DNA of 28,600 nt from a virus (lineage: Duplodnaviria; Caudoviricetes), in the IMG/VR virus record IMGVR_UViG_3300031848_000030, positions 1-28,600 of that record. One strand, 5' to 3'. Under the pieces are notes generated by a model, which had not been told where the DNA came from, did not search any database, and saw nothing but the letters and a program-made list of their open reading frames with translations. The translations under genes and the position numbers were made by a program. Position 1 is the first letter of the stretch, and every line of letters starts with the position of its first letter. This document shows, one piece after another, positions 9,294 through 19,389 of the stretch.

Positions 9294-12200
9294 ATGGCTG
9301 TAATTAGACAGAAAACTCAAGTCTTTAATAAGCCAGTTGGTGTGCGTAGGATAAACACTGGTGAAGCAGAAATGTGGGAACAAATCAGCCAGCAAGCTGA
9401 CCAACTAACTGCTAGAGCTTTTGAGGCAGCAGCTAATAATGCTCGCACTGTTGGTGAGGAAACTGCTTTAGCTCAATCTAGTAAACAAATTTCAACTATA
9501 AATCCTCTTACTAATGAACCTGAGGCTTATACTCCACCAGCAGAGTTTGGAGAATTTGCCGCTGCTGCTTATCAAAGCATGATTAATAGAAGATTTGAAG
9601 AGTCAGTTAATTCTGAACTTACAGCAATGGGAGCAAGTATTGCTTCTAGTTCTAAAAGTGCGAGCCAATATCGTGATGATATGAGTAAGCATGTTAATAA
9701 TATGTATAATGCAGCTGGAGAGAATACTTATTATAGCAGATATATTACTGAAAAAGGTACTAACTATGTCCACAAAACATACGAATCACTTAAAGCAAAA
9801 GAAATTGAAGAAACTAAAGCAGCGATTGAAAGGCAACAAATTGTTGCATCAATTCATGCTGGCAGAAATATAGCACAACAAATTGCATTAGGAATAGATC
9901 ACAAAAAAATTGAGGAAGATATAGGTATAGAGTACATAAGAGCTTCTGATCTTTTTAAGACAGGTGCTATCACACCCTCACAATATAACTCCGCATTAGA
10001 TACGCTTGATGGATATAGAGCTTTATCTTCTAATAATTCTTTAGCACAAATATACTCAAACATGACTGAAGCAAACCAAAATTTATTAATGATGGGAATT
10101 GATAACCCTAATGTGTTAATGACATTATCCAATGACACAGGAATTGGAAATTTAAATGAATTGGTGTCTGTTGCTTCTATAGCTAGGGGTAAAGATACTC
10201 TTCGATCTTCTTTAAAGGCTTCCCAAGAAGCAGCAAGTAATGTTCAACAAGATAATACCGCTACTCTTGTATCAAAACTTACGCCTCAGATTGCGCTTAG
10301 TCCAAGTTTTAATACTATAAATATGGCAACTAGTTCAATAGCAGACCCTAAATTAAGATACCAAGTCAAAACTGAACTATACGCTAATTTACTAGAAAAG
10401 AAATTAGACTTTATTACATCTGGCAGCAGTAACCGCCTTGATGAATTAGTGGTAGATTTATTAGATTCTAGTTCAGCATTTGGTTCAATTAATAATGTTA
10501 AAGATAAAAAAATAATATCCGAATTAAAAAGTTTAACTATGGAAGAGCGAAAAACTTTATCGCAAAAGCTAAATGATAAAAGATCAGCGAAAGCCAGACT
10601 GGAAGGCGTAGATATTAAAAAGGCAGAAAATGCATTAAGATCACAAGCCCTTGCTTTTAGTGCTAGTACAGATTTAACAAAAGATTATAAAGAATTACGC
10701 AAAAAGATTAACGATTCGTCTCTTTCTAGTGCTACTAAAATTTCACTTACAAATGAAATTGGAGAACACTATACTAAAATTTCGTTACTAAAAGCTAGAG
10801 ATATTTTACTTGAATCAGCTGACGAATTAACTGCTGTTCTTGATGCGCTTGTTACTGGAAATAATATAAGTTTAACAACGCAAGCACAAAAAGATAAATA
10901 CAATATGCTTCGTCCAGCATTTGATGAAAGCCGAACTGTTGTAAGTAGCGCATTAAATCAAGAAATTCTTTCTATTAAAAACCAAACTAAACTAACGATT
11001 GAAGCTAATACAAATTTAGAATCTGGAATTGGATTTAATAATGGCATAGGACAAAGTCCTGAGAATATTAAAAAGTATATAGACCAATATTTAGCTAACG
11101 AAGTTTTATCTGCTAGCAATATAATGTTATTTCCAGAAGTTAATAAACTAATGGAGCAAGGAATTTTAGTACCTCAAGTTTTAGATGTTTTAAGCTCTTC
11201 CTTAACAAGCTCTAGTGAACTTGATATTGAAGCAGCTATGAATATTTGGGAGCAATACACAAATTTAAAAGTTACTGGTTCAGATCAAAGAGATTTGCCT
11301 TTAGATTTACTTAGAGCGTCTATGACTCAAGAAGATTACGCAAGATATTCTGCTGCCAGTTATATTGGTAGATCAGAAGGTAGAAGTCCTGCAAGTATAT
11401 TAATAGAACTTAGAAATTATTCTGGTGATTTAAGCAAAGATGTACTTTTTGATGTAACAGGTAAAAGGCAGGGCGTTCTTAAAGATATTCTTAAAGAGGT
11501 CAGGGCTAGCCCTCAGTATTCAGAACAAATATTATCTGTTATTAAGATAAAAAAAGCTAGAGGAATTACTATAACTAAAGAAGTAATAACTGAAACAATC
11601 TCTAGTTTTACTAAAAATATGATAAAAGACCCAAACGTATTTGGTCCAAATATTGGAGACTCAACTGTTTTTGCTATTCAAGGTTATCTGACTACTAAAG
11701 AAATATTAGCTGCTCGAAACTTTTTTACTAATAAATTAGCTCTACATCCAGATAATAAATATGCAAATTATTTAAGAGGTGGTACTGCTGCCGATGCTTT
11801 TATAAGGGCTGCTGGTCAAAGCTTTGGCTTTAATTTTTGGGATGGTATGCTTGGAGTTAAAGATAAAATAACTGGTGGTTATCAAAATTTAGTTAATATG
11901 AATGATAACCAAAGAATTATTGATGGTGGCAGAGCATTAAACTTTAACGTTATTTTTCAACCAGATGTAGCATCTTTTGACGAGGGTAAGCCTCAGTGGC
12001 TTATTGGAATCCCATCTGAAAACGGAGGCTTTGAACCTTTTACAATAGATGGTATGCCTCAATACATGACTAAACCTAAAGACGTGTCTAATATAACTTT
12101 GGCTGCTCTTGTTAATTTTCAGCAATCAAAGAGTCGCGGTGGTACTAAAGCTGAACAAGTAACTGCAGAAATTCAATACTTAGCAACTCTTCCACACTTT

Positions 12201-12341
12201 ACAGAAAAACATTTTATGTCAAACGCAGCTGAACAATTTAGATTTTCTGGTATAAGAACAGGGCTTGGAAGTAACGCTAGAGTTCTTGAAGTGTTTAGAG
12301 CAAAACGAAAAGCTTACAATGAAAAGGATTTGGTTGAATAA
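9294..12341 (+). CDS. Internal virion (ejection) protein, gp15-like
   Basis: 1015 aa, largely helical. Call rests on synteny only and no catalytic motif was recognised. Confidence 0.65.
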   Translation: MAVIRQKTQVFNKPVGVRRINTGEAEMWEQISQQADQLTARAFEAAANNARTVGEETALAQSSKQISTINPLTNEPEAYTPPAEFGEFAAAAYQSMINRRFEESVNSELTAMGASIASSSKSASQYRDDMSKHVNNMYNAAGENTYYSRYITEKGTNYVHKTYESLKAKEIEETKAAIERQQIVASIHAGRNIAQQIALGIDHKKIEEDIGIEYIRASDLFKTGAITPSQYNSALDTLDGYRALSSNNSLAQIYSNMTEANQNLLMMGIDNPNVLMTLSNDTGIGNLNELVSVASIARGKDTLRSSLKASQEAASNVQQDNTATLVSKLTPQIALSPSFNTINMATSSIADPKLRYQVKTELYANLLEKKLDFITSGSSNRLDELVVDLLDSSSAFGSINNVKDKKIISELKSLTMEERKTLSQKLNDKRSAKARLEGVDIKKAENALRSQALAFSASTDLTKDYKELRKKINDSSLSSATKISLTNEIGEHYTKISLLKARDILLESADELTAVLDALVTGNNISLTTQAQKDKYNMLRPAFDESRTVVSSALNQEILSIKNQTKLTIEANTNLESGIGFNNGIGQSPENIKKYIDQYLANEVLSASNIMLFPEVNKLMEQGILVPQVLDVLSSSLTSSSELDIEAAMNIWEQYTNLKVTGSDQRDLPLDLLRASMTQEDYARYSAASYIGRSEGRSPASILIELRNYSGDLSKDVLFDVTGKRQGVLKDILKEVRASPQYSEQILSVIKIKKARGITITKEVITETISSFTKNMIKDPNVFGPNIGDSTVFAIQGYLTTKEILAARNFFTNKLALHPDNKYANYLRGGTAADAFIRAAGQSFGFNFWDGMLGVKDKITGGYQNLVNMNDNQRIIDGGRALNFNVIFQPDVASFDEGKPQWLIGIPSENGGFEPFTIDGMPQYMTKPKDVSNITLAALVNFQQSKSRGGTKAEQVTAEIQYLATLPHFTEKHFMSNAAEQFRFSGIRTGLGSNARVLEVFRAKRKAYNEKDLVE

Positions 12342-15300
12342 TGGAAATAATAGTACCAGAACCAAAACCATTTGACGAAAAGCCAAAAGGCCCAATAGAT
12401 CAGGCTCCAGCTACATTTGGCGAAACTGCTAATGCAAATTTCAACAAATACATTGATCCAATCATAGCTCAAAATCAAGTGTTCCTAAGCAAAGGCCCTT
12501 ATGATCCAAACGCTATTAGCCGTGTAGAAGATTTTATAGAAGAGAATGGTATATCGGGTGAGTCAGCACAATATCTTCGTACTTTTGGAATTGGAAGCCA
12601 AGAAAACTTTTTAGCTGCAAACGAGTTCCTTGAAAAAAGAGATAGAACAAGAAGCATTCTTGACAGATCAACTGGTCTTAATTTGTTTGCAAGTGACCCA
12701 CTTGTTTATGCTTCTATAGTAATTCCTTACGCTGGTTTTGCGGCTACTAAATCTTTGGGGTATCTTTTAGCTAGAACATCTACTAATTCTGCAAGTAAAA
12801 TTGCTGCAGCTAATAAAATAAAACAAGCACATAGCTTAATGGGGCCTAGAAAAAGTTTAACTGCTGGTAATCTTGCTAAAATTACAGCTTTAGACACTGC
12901 CGTACTTGATGGAAGTTTAAATTTATCTAAAGCATTAACAGATTTAAGTTTTGGGGAAGATGTAAATACTACTCTAGGCAATGCAGCTTTATTAACAACC
13001 GCTACTATAACTGTTAGTTCTGCTTTTGGATATGGACTTGGTAAAGCTCTTATTAGACCAGCGGCTAGCAATAAAAGGGTAGCTGTATTTCACGAAGGTT
13101 ATAAAACTTATCTTAATAGCATTACTGACAAGCCAATAAAACGTGGTGAAGATTTATCTTATAGTGGACAATGGTTTAATAATTCTTGGTTTACAAAATT
13201 TTTACCAAGTCCAGTTAAGGTTACTGTAAATGATAAACTTTTACCTGATTGGGCTGTTGAGGATATGTTAGGTTTAGCTGGGGATAATGGTATGCCGTTA
13301 GCTCTACATCAATTAGGTAGAAGCATAGGCACTCCTGTTTATACTAATGCTGCACGCAGACAAGGTGATTGGTATGTAGCTTTAAACAAAATAAATGAAG
13401 ATCATAGGAAATTAAACTCTCGCGGAAACGCTGAGTTTATGAATGTTCCTGTTGGTGCTTTCTATGAAAAAATACGTTCTAAGCTTGGAATGACAAGTTT
13501 TGCTCCAGATCAATGGTACAATCATGTCGGCAGATTAATGGCAGATGATATACCCTATGAGAAAATGACACCCGAAGAAGCATCTTCGGTTCAATCTGCT
13601 CGTACTTTCTTTGAAAAATATGGCAAAGAATTGGAAGACGAAGGTTTAATTAATGCTAGAGATATAATGGAAGACACCTATCTTAAAACTGTTGGCAAAC
13701 AAATGGAGCTTCAAAGTGTAGTTCGAAGTATTATTGATGCGAATAAAAAATGGATGAAGAGTTGGGAAAAAAAGAATCTAACTAAAATTAAAACAACTGA
13801 GGCTAAGTTAGTTCCATTAATTAAAGCTTCTTCATCTAGGGGTTTAACTAAAAAACAAATAGATTTTAAGAAAAGATTAGAAACTGAATTAGCTCAAGCT
13901 AAAAAAGATAATGCAACTATAGCTGCAAAATTTGAGTTAATTAGAACTGCAAAAAACATAGATGATCTTGCTGCTTTAAATAAAGATTTAGATTTAACAC
14001 CTCGAATGGGTGGAGCTTTACAAGATATAGGTAAAGCTATGAACGAAACTAAATTGCGTATTGAAAACGCTTTAGACGTAATTAATAAAGGTGGTGGGAA
14101 AAAATCTGCTACCAATTATTTACCTAGATTGTTTAATAGACGTAAAATACATAGTGATCGAGATGGATTTAAAAAAATATTAATGGATCATTTTAAAGAA
14201 AATCCAGAGGTTACTCTTAAAGGTGATGATGGTTTATTTAAAGTTAAAACATTTGCAATTGATCCAGCATCCCTTGAGCGACGAGCTAATGAAACAATAG
14301 AAACTATCTTAGGTGAAACTGATGACGATGCTATTGATGCTATCTTTACTGGGTTTGGCAAGAGTGGGCCTTTAGTCTCCAGGCGATTAAGTATTAATAA
14401 TTCTAAAGTAAAAGATTATATAGTTACTGACATTAAAGAATTAATGATTGCATATACAAATAAAGTTGCTCCCAAAATTGAGTACCATAAAAGGTTTAGA
14501 AACCCCAAAGATGGTAAGCTAATGACTCTTGAAGCTAGGATAGATTATATTCGAGAGCGTATGGTTAAAGAAAAAGTTCCAACAAGAACAATAAATAAAT
14601 ACATTAAAAACTTTGTTCACAGTTATGATAGAGTAGTTGGCACAACATTAAAGCGCCCTGATGCAATAGATACTAAGGTTGCCAACTTTTTGCGGACAGC
14701 TACAAACTGGACATTTTTAGGTAGTTCTGGCGTTGCGGCTGTTGGTGACGCAGCTTCATTAGTTATGGATCACGAGTTAAGAGCTGTTGGTTCTGGTCTT
14801 TTAGGTTTAATGGACGATTTATCATTAAAGATGTCTAAGCATGAATTAAATTTAGCTGGTGAAGCTTTAGAAATTGTTCGTGGAATTACACATTTAAAAT
14901 ATATGGAAAGTTTAACTAACGATGTTTTTACTAAATCGTTACCTGATAAATTAAATAATGCTTTCTATACATTAAATGGTTTAGCGCCAATAACTGTTAC
15001 AATTAAAGCTATGGATGGTTTGTTGCGAGGCCATACGATTATTGATGCTTCAATAAATTTAACAAAAGGACAAGCCACTCCATTTGAAAAAACATTTTTA
15101 GCTCAATATAATATTACGCCAGATTTAGCTAAGAGAATATCTAAAACTCCTTACGAAAAAAGTCAGGGCAATTTGTTTTTGCCAAATACAGAAGCTTGGG
15201 TTGATGATGAAGCTGTGATTGCTTTTAGAAACGCTCTTAATTCTGGCGTTATGAACAGAGTTATTATGGGTACTCCAGCAGATAAACCTATAACTATGGA

Positions 15301-15943
15301 TGGCGTTGCATACATACCAGAAGCTTTTGCTAGGTCTCTACCATTTTACAAAAATCTGCCTAAAGATTCACGCGTTAAAGGTTATGTTAGAATCGAAAGT
15401 GGTTTGCTTGCACTGCCATTTACTTTTTATAGTTATTCTTTTGGAGCTTTAAGTAAGATAACAGGCAACCATGCGGCTGGAGCAGTTAGAAATAGAGCAG
15501 CTCATATGGCTGTAGCTATGGGTCTTGGCTATTCAATTGTTAAATTCCGCACACCAGACTGGGCTTGGGATGAAATGGATTTTGATGATAAGGTTATGAG
15601 ATCTTTTGATTTCTCAGGTCTTGCAGCTATTCACAGTGATATGGCTTATAGAACTTTAAGTTTTCTTGCTGAAACAGGTGCAGCAAACCCAGAGAACATG
15701 CCAATAAAACCTAAGTATATTGGTGAAGTTGATCCTTTTGCGGCTGGAATTTCCATTCTTGGCGCTCCAGCTGACTGGTCGTATGAAGTAATAAGTGGAG
15801 TTAAAGAAATGTTGGGTGGTGATGTTGGTACTGGAGCGCAAACTATAGCACGAATGTTACCGCTTACAAAAACCCTTTTACTTGGAGATGGTTTAAAGCA
15901 AGGGGCTATAGATTTAGCTGGTCAATTGCCAAATAAACCTTAA
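12341..15943 (+). CDS. Large internal virion (ejection) protein, gp16-like
   Basis: 1200 aa, with an 'NYLPRLFN' motif and hydrophobic Gly/Ala segments at both ends. Last gene before the tail fibre. Confidence 0.7.
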   Translation: MEIIVPEPKPFDEKPKGPIDQAPATFGETANANFNKYIDPIIAQNQVFLSKGPYDPNAISRVEDFIEENGISGESAQYLRTFGIGSQENFLAANEFLEKRDRTRSILDRSTGLNLFASDPLVYASIVIPYAGFAATKSLGYLLARTSTNSASKIAAANKIKQAHSLMGPRKSLTAGNLAKITALDTAVLDGSLNLSKALTDLSFGEDVNTTLGNAALLTTATITVSSAFGYGLGKALIRPAASNKRVAVFHEGYKTYLNSITDKPIKRGEDLSYSGQWFNNSWFTKFLPSPVKVTVNDKLLPDWAVEDMLGLAGDNGMPLALHQLGRSIGTPVYTNAARRQGDWYVALNKINEDHRKLNSRGNAEFMNVPVGAFYEKIRSKLGMTSFAPDQWYNHVGRLMADDIPYEKMTPEEASSVQSARTFFEKYGKELEDEGLINARDIMEDTYLKTVGKQMELQSVVRSIIDANKKWMKSWEKKNLTKIKTTEAKLVPLIKASSSRGLTKKQIDFKKRLETELAQAKKDNATIAAKFELIRTAKNIDDLAALNKDLDLTPRMGGALQDIGKAMNETKLRIENALDVINKGGGKKSATNYLPRLFNRRKIHSDRDGFKKILMDHFKENPEVTLKGDDGLFKVKTFAIDPASLERRANETIETILGETDDDAIDAIFTGFGKSGPLVSRRLSINNSKVKDYIVTDIKELMIAYTNKVAPKIEYHKRFRNPKDGKLMTLEARIDYIRERMVKEKVPTRTINKYIKNFVHSYDRVVGTTLKRPDAIDTKVANFLRTATNWTFLGSSGVAAVGDAASLVMDHELRAVGSGLLGLMDDLSLKMSKHELNLAGEALEIVRGITHLKYMESLTNDVFTKSLPDKLNNAFYTLNGLAPITVTIKAMDGLLRGHTIIDASINLTKGQATPFEKTFLAQYNITPDLAKRISKTPYEKSQGNLFLPNTEAWVDDEAVIAFRNALNSGVMNRVIMGTPADKPITMDGVAYIPEAFARSLPFYKNLPKDSRVKGYVRIESGLLALPFTFYSYSFGALSKITGNHAAGAVRNRAAHMAVAMGLGYSIVKFRTPDWAWDEMDFDDKVMRSFDFSGLAAIHSDMAYRTLSFLAETGAANPENMPIKPKYIGEVDPFAAGISILGAPADWSYEVISGVKEMLGGDVGTGAQTIARMLPLTKTLLLGDGLKQGAIDLAGQLPNKP

Positions 15944-15953
15944 ACTGCACGCA

Positions 15954-15968
15954 TGATTTTGTGCGTTG
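15954..15968 (+). promoter_or_regulatory. Putative late-promoter motif (TGATTTTGTGCGTTG) upstream of tail fibre gene
   Basis: Identical 15-mer to 4776-4790. Intergenic, 45 nt before ATG 16014. Confidence 0.6.
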
Positions 15969-16013
15969 ATTTTTAATAAGTTTACTGCGAAAACAAAAAA
16001 AAAGAGGTGATTT

Positions 16014-19000
16014 ATGACTATATTATTATCGACAAACGTTCCAAGAGTTGCTTACACTGTAGGTCAAGGCGTAGTTCAAAAAGTATTTGCTGTTCCTTTT
16101 GAGTTTTTTGACGATGAAGACGTTACTATTTATGTTGATGGTATTAAAAAGACGCTAGGTTCAAACTACACACTCTCAGGTGGCAATGGTGCGGTTGGTA
16201 CTCTTACATTTAATACAACTGGTGGAACACAATTAATTACTGGAGCTACTGGTGGCAGTACAGTTATTATTGTGCGCGATGTAAAGCTTTCAAGAGTTAC
16301 CGACTTTGCTACAAGTGGAGATATTAATAGAACGGCTTTAAATTTGCAGCTTGATACTCTTGTTGCACAAATTTCCGATATGGATGATCGTCTTTCTCGC
16401 ACAATTCAACTTAATGATTTTGAAGTTGCTCCAAGCATGTTGCTTACTGCAGATCGCAAAGATAAAATCTTAGCTTTTAACGCATCAACTGGCAACGTAG
16501 AAGCTGGCCCCTCAATATCAGCGGTGAATACAGCGGTTACAGCACTCTCTACTACAACTACAAAAGCTAATGAAGCTGCTGCTTCTGCTACTTCGGCTGC
16601 TTCTTCTGCAACTACAGCGACTGCTAAGGCCACAATAGCAACTGACAAGTCGGCACTAGCAGCTACTGCAAAAACTAACGCTGAGACAGCAGAAACAAAT
16701 GCTGAAACTGCTGAAACTAATGCAGCATCTAGTGCATCTACAGCTCTTACAAGGGCAAACGCGGCAACTGCAAGCGCATCTACAGCTACTACTAAAGCAT
16801 CAGAAGCTTCTTCATCAGCCTCGTCTTCTTTGAGTAATAAAAATGCTACGGACACTGCAAAGGCAAACGCTGTTACCGCCCAAAATGCTTCTGTCGCTGC
16901 TAGGGATGCTTCCGTTACCGCCAAGGATGCTTCTGTTGCCGCGAAGGATGCTTCAGTAGTTGCCAAGAACGCTTCAGTAGCTGCCAAGGATTCTTCAGTT
17001 ACTGCTCAAAATGCTTCTGTCGCCGCCAAGAACTCTTCTGAAACTGCAGCAAGCAATTCGTCTTCTAGTGCATCTACAGCTACTACAAGAGCAAATACAG
17101 CTACAGCAAAGGCAGACATTGCAACTGCTAAAGCCATCATAGCTACAGACAAAGCAGCGATAGCTACAACAAAAGCTAGTGAAGCTGCGAGTAGTGCATC
17201 TTCTATGTCAAGTTCTGTAACAGCGGCAACAGCGGCTAAAGATGCGGCACTCGCGGCATTAGATTCATTCGACGACAGATACTTAGGAACGAAGTCATCA
17301 AACCCATCAGTGGACAATGACGGAAACTCATTAGTTGCTGGTGCATTATATTTTAATACTTCTGACAACACGATGAAAGTGTACGAAGGTTCTAATTGGG
17401 TCGCGGCTTACGCCTCAATAAGTGGTGCTTTGCTAAAAACTGGCGGAGTAATGACAGGTGCTATCACAACTAATAGTACGTTTGATGGGCGAGATGTAGC
17501 TGCTGATGGAGTATTGGCTACTAATGCTTTACCAAAATCTGGTGGTACTATGACAGGCAATATTGCACACGGCAGCGATTTTACGCTAGACGTAGCAGGG
17601 AATATTACCCTTGATGCAGGCGGTGGGGATATTTTTCTTAAACAAAATGGTACACATTATGGTAGTATAAAAAGAAATAATGGTGACTTACAAATTCACA
17701 GTGAAGCAAGTGACGAAGATATTTTATTTGTAGGCAAAGATGGTAGCTCAGCTATAACAGCCCTTACCCTTGATATGTCTAATAAGGGTTCGGCTATTTT
17801 CAATACTGACGCATCAATAACAGCCCAAGGCACACACAATGAAGGCGGTGGCCAATTATTCTTAAAGGGTACAGACACCCCTGCGGCAAGTAAAAACTTA
17901 GGTCAAGTAAATTTCGGCAATTCCGATGACCAATCTTTAGCGATGATACGTGGTGAATCAACAGCGGCGACAGGGGCAGATTTAGTTTTCCAAACTGAAG
18001 AGGCTGGTGCAGCTATTGAAGAACGTATGCGCATCAATGATTCAGGTGAGGTAGGTATTGGAACAAATGACGCTAAACGAAAATTACACGTTTCAAGTGG
18101 TGGAGCAATATCTTCAGGAAATGATTATGATGTTGCAATTTTTCAAAATAGTGATGCGGCAGGAATACGATTAGTTGATGCAGGAAATGGAGGAAGTAAT
18201 GGGGGTAACGCAGGACTAGGCAACGACAACGGAAACCTTAACGTTGCTTCTGCAGGAGTAATGTCCTTCTCAACAAGCTTAGCGGCAAATGCCCCTCTTT
18301 ATGGTGGATCGGGCAGCACGGGCGGTACAGAACGTATGCGCATCGACACGTCAGGCAACGTGTTGGTGGGTAAGACTGCTACTGCCCAACAGACTGCAGG
18401 GACAGTTTTATACAATTCTGGTCAAATATATGCTACTGCTACTAGCACTCACCCTCTGGTAATAACTCGTAAACAAAATGATGGCGCACATGCTATTTTT
18501 TACTCAGATACAAGTGAAATAGGTAAGATTGGTAATTCTGGTAGCGCATTATCTATATCTTCAGGAGCAAATATTACTCTTGATGCTGATGGTGGTTTTA
18601 TTAATTTTGCAGACGCTGGTAATGTTGTTGGTGTGTTCGAAAACAATGGCGGACATTTTCATATAAAGGCAGGATTACAAGATAAAGACATAGTCTTTAG
18701 AGGCAACGATGGCGGTTCAGCTATAACAGCTCTCACCCTTGATATGTCTGATGCTGGGTCGGCTCATTTCAACACCAGCATTTATCTTGGCGATGGAAAA
18801 GCAATAAAACTAGGCGCTTCTGCTGACCTACAGATTTACCATGATGGGCAAAATAGTTACATACAAGAACAAGGTACTGGTCAATTACGACTTGATACAA
18901 ATGGGACGGATGTTCGCATTACAAAAAGCGATTCTGAGTTTATGGCAAAATTCATTGTAGATGGTGCAGCAGAGCTATATCACAATAATGCAAAGAAGGT

Positions 19001-19361
19001 TGAAACAACTAGTGCAGGCGTAACAGTCACAGGTACAGTAACCGCAACTGCATTTGCAGGTAGTGGCGCTAACCTAACAGGTGTTGGCGGCAGTACAACT
19101 CGTGGCGATGTGGGTACTTATACTATTGGTTGTACTACTAGCTTTCAAGCTAATGTAACAATAGCTAGAGGGGCTACTATTGCAGGCAACACTATTGCTC
19201 AAGGTAACACACATGGATTTAGATTGATACCAAACCGAGAGTATCACAACCAACAGATTACAACACAAGGTTTATCAGGCACTTGGAGAAACATGGGTGG
19301 TAATGTTAGACACAACAACGTCAATGACAAGCCTGGGACACTGTGGTGCAGAATATCTTGA
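16014..19361 (+). CDS. Tail fibre protein
   Basis: N-terminal T7 gp17-like anchor (FAVPFEFF..DVTIYVDG; LNLQLDTL), then an Ala/Thr/Ser coiled-coil shaft and repeated beta modules (GGxMTG, ERMRI, AITALTLDMS). Ends in GTWRNMG...LWCRIS. GAGGTG SD. Confidence 0.92.
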   Translation: MTILLSTNVPRVAYTVGQGVVQKVFAVPFEFFDDEDVTIYVDGIKKTLGSNYTLSGGNGAVGTLTFNTTGGTQLITGATGGSTVIIVRDVKLSRVTDFATSGDINRTALNLQLDTLVAQISDMDDRLSRTIQLNDFEVAPSMLLTADRKDKILAFNASTGNVEAGPSISAVNTAVTALSTTTTKANEAAASATSAASSATTATAKATIATDKSALAATAKTNAETAETNAETAETNAASSASTALTRANAATASASTATTKASEASSSASSSLSNKNATDTAKANAVTAQNASVAARDASVTAKDASVAAKDASVVAKNASVAAKDSSVTAQNASVAAKNSSETAASNSSSSASTATTRANTATAKADIATAKAIIATDKAAIATTKASEAASSASSMSSSVTAATAAKDAALAALDSFDDRYLGTKSSNPSVDNDGNSLVAGALYFNTSDNTMKVYEGSNWVAAYASISGALLKTGGVMTGAITTNSTFDGRDVAADGVLATNALPKSGGTMTGNIAHGSDFTLDVAGNITLDAGGGDIFLKQNGTHYGSIKRNNGDLQIHSEASDEDILFVGKDGSSAITALTLDMSNKGSAIFNTDASITAQGTHNEGGGQLFLKGTDTPAASKNLGQVNFGNSDDQSLAMIRGESTAATGADLVFQTEEAGAAIEERMRINDSGEVGIGTNDAKRKLHVSSGGAISSGNDYDVAIFQNSDAAGIRLVDAGNGGSNGGNAGLGNDNGNLNVASAGVMSFSTSLAANAPLYGGSGSTGGTERMRIDTSGNVLVGKTATAQQTAGTVLYNSGQIYATATSTHPLVITRKQNDGAHAIFYSDTSEIGKIGNSGSALSISSGANITLDADGGFINFADAGNVVGVFENNGGHFHIKAGLQDKDIVFRGNDGGSAITALTLDMSDAGSAHFNTSIYLGDGKAIKLGASADLQIYHDGQNSYIQEQGTGQLRLDTNGTDVRITKSDSEFMAKFIVDGAAELYHNNAKKVETTSAGVTVTGTVTATAFAGSGANLTGVGGSTTRGDVGTYTIGCTTSFQANVTIARGATIAGNTIAQGNTHGFRLIPNREYHNQQITTQGLSGTWRNMGGNVRHNNVNDKPGTLWCRIS
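16872..17039 (+). repeat. Eight tandem degenerate 21-nt repeats encoding heptads V(T/A/V)A(K/Q/R)(D/N)(A/S)S
   Basis: Units such as gttaccgccaaggatgcttct and gttgccgcgaaggatgcttca are read directly from the sequence. Confidence 0.9.
17748..18749 (+). repeat. Dispersed direct repeats within tail fibre
   Basis: 33-mer at 17748-17780 and 18717-18749 (31/33 identical). 16-mer AGAACGTATGCGCATC at 18020-18035 and 18329-18344. Confidence 0.85.
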
Positions 19362-19389
19362 TAAATAATTGCAACAAAAGGAGGCGCTT

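Noticed and set aside
412-14115. Numerous 60-120 aa alternative-frame or antisense ORFs within structural genes
   Set aside because: They are nested in or largely overlap well-supported genes, with no recognisable motifs.
15995-16003. A9 run before the tail fibre SD as a phase-variation switch
   Set aside because: It is non-coding and upstream of the SD, so it is more simply an A-rich translation enhancer. No evidence of length variation is available.
16872-17039. CRISPR-like array
   Set aside because: The repeats are contiguous, degenerate and in-frame coding units with no spacers and no cas genes.
16166-17371. Minus-strand ORFs of 78, 193 and 121 aa with repetitive sequence
   Set aside because: These are antisense shadows of the Ala/Ser/Thr-rich tail-fibre repeats, with no independent coding signal.
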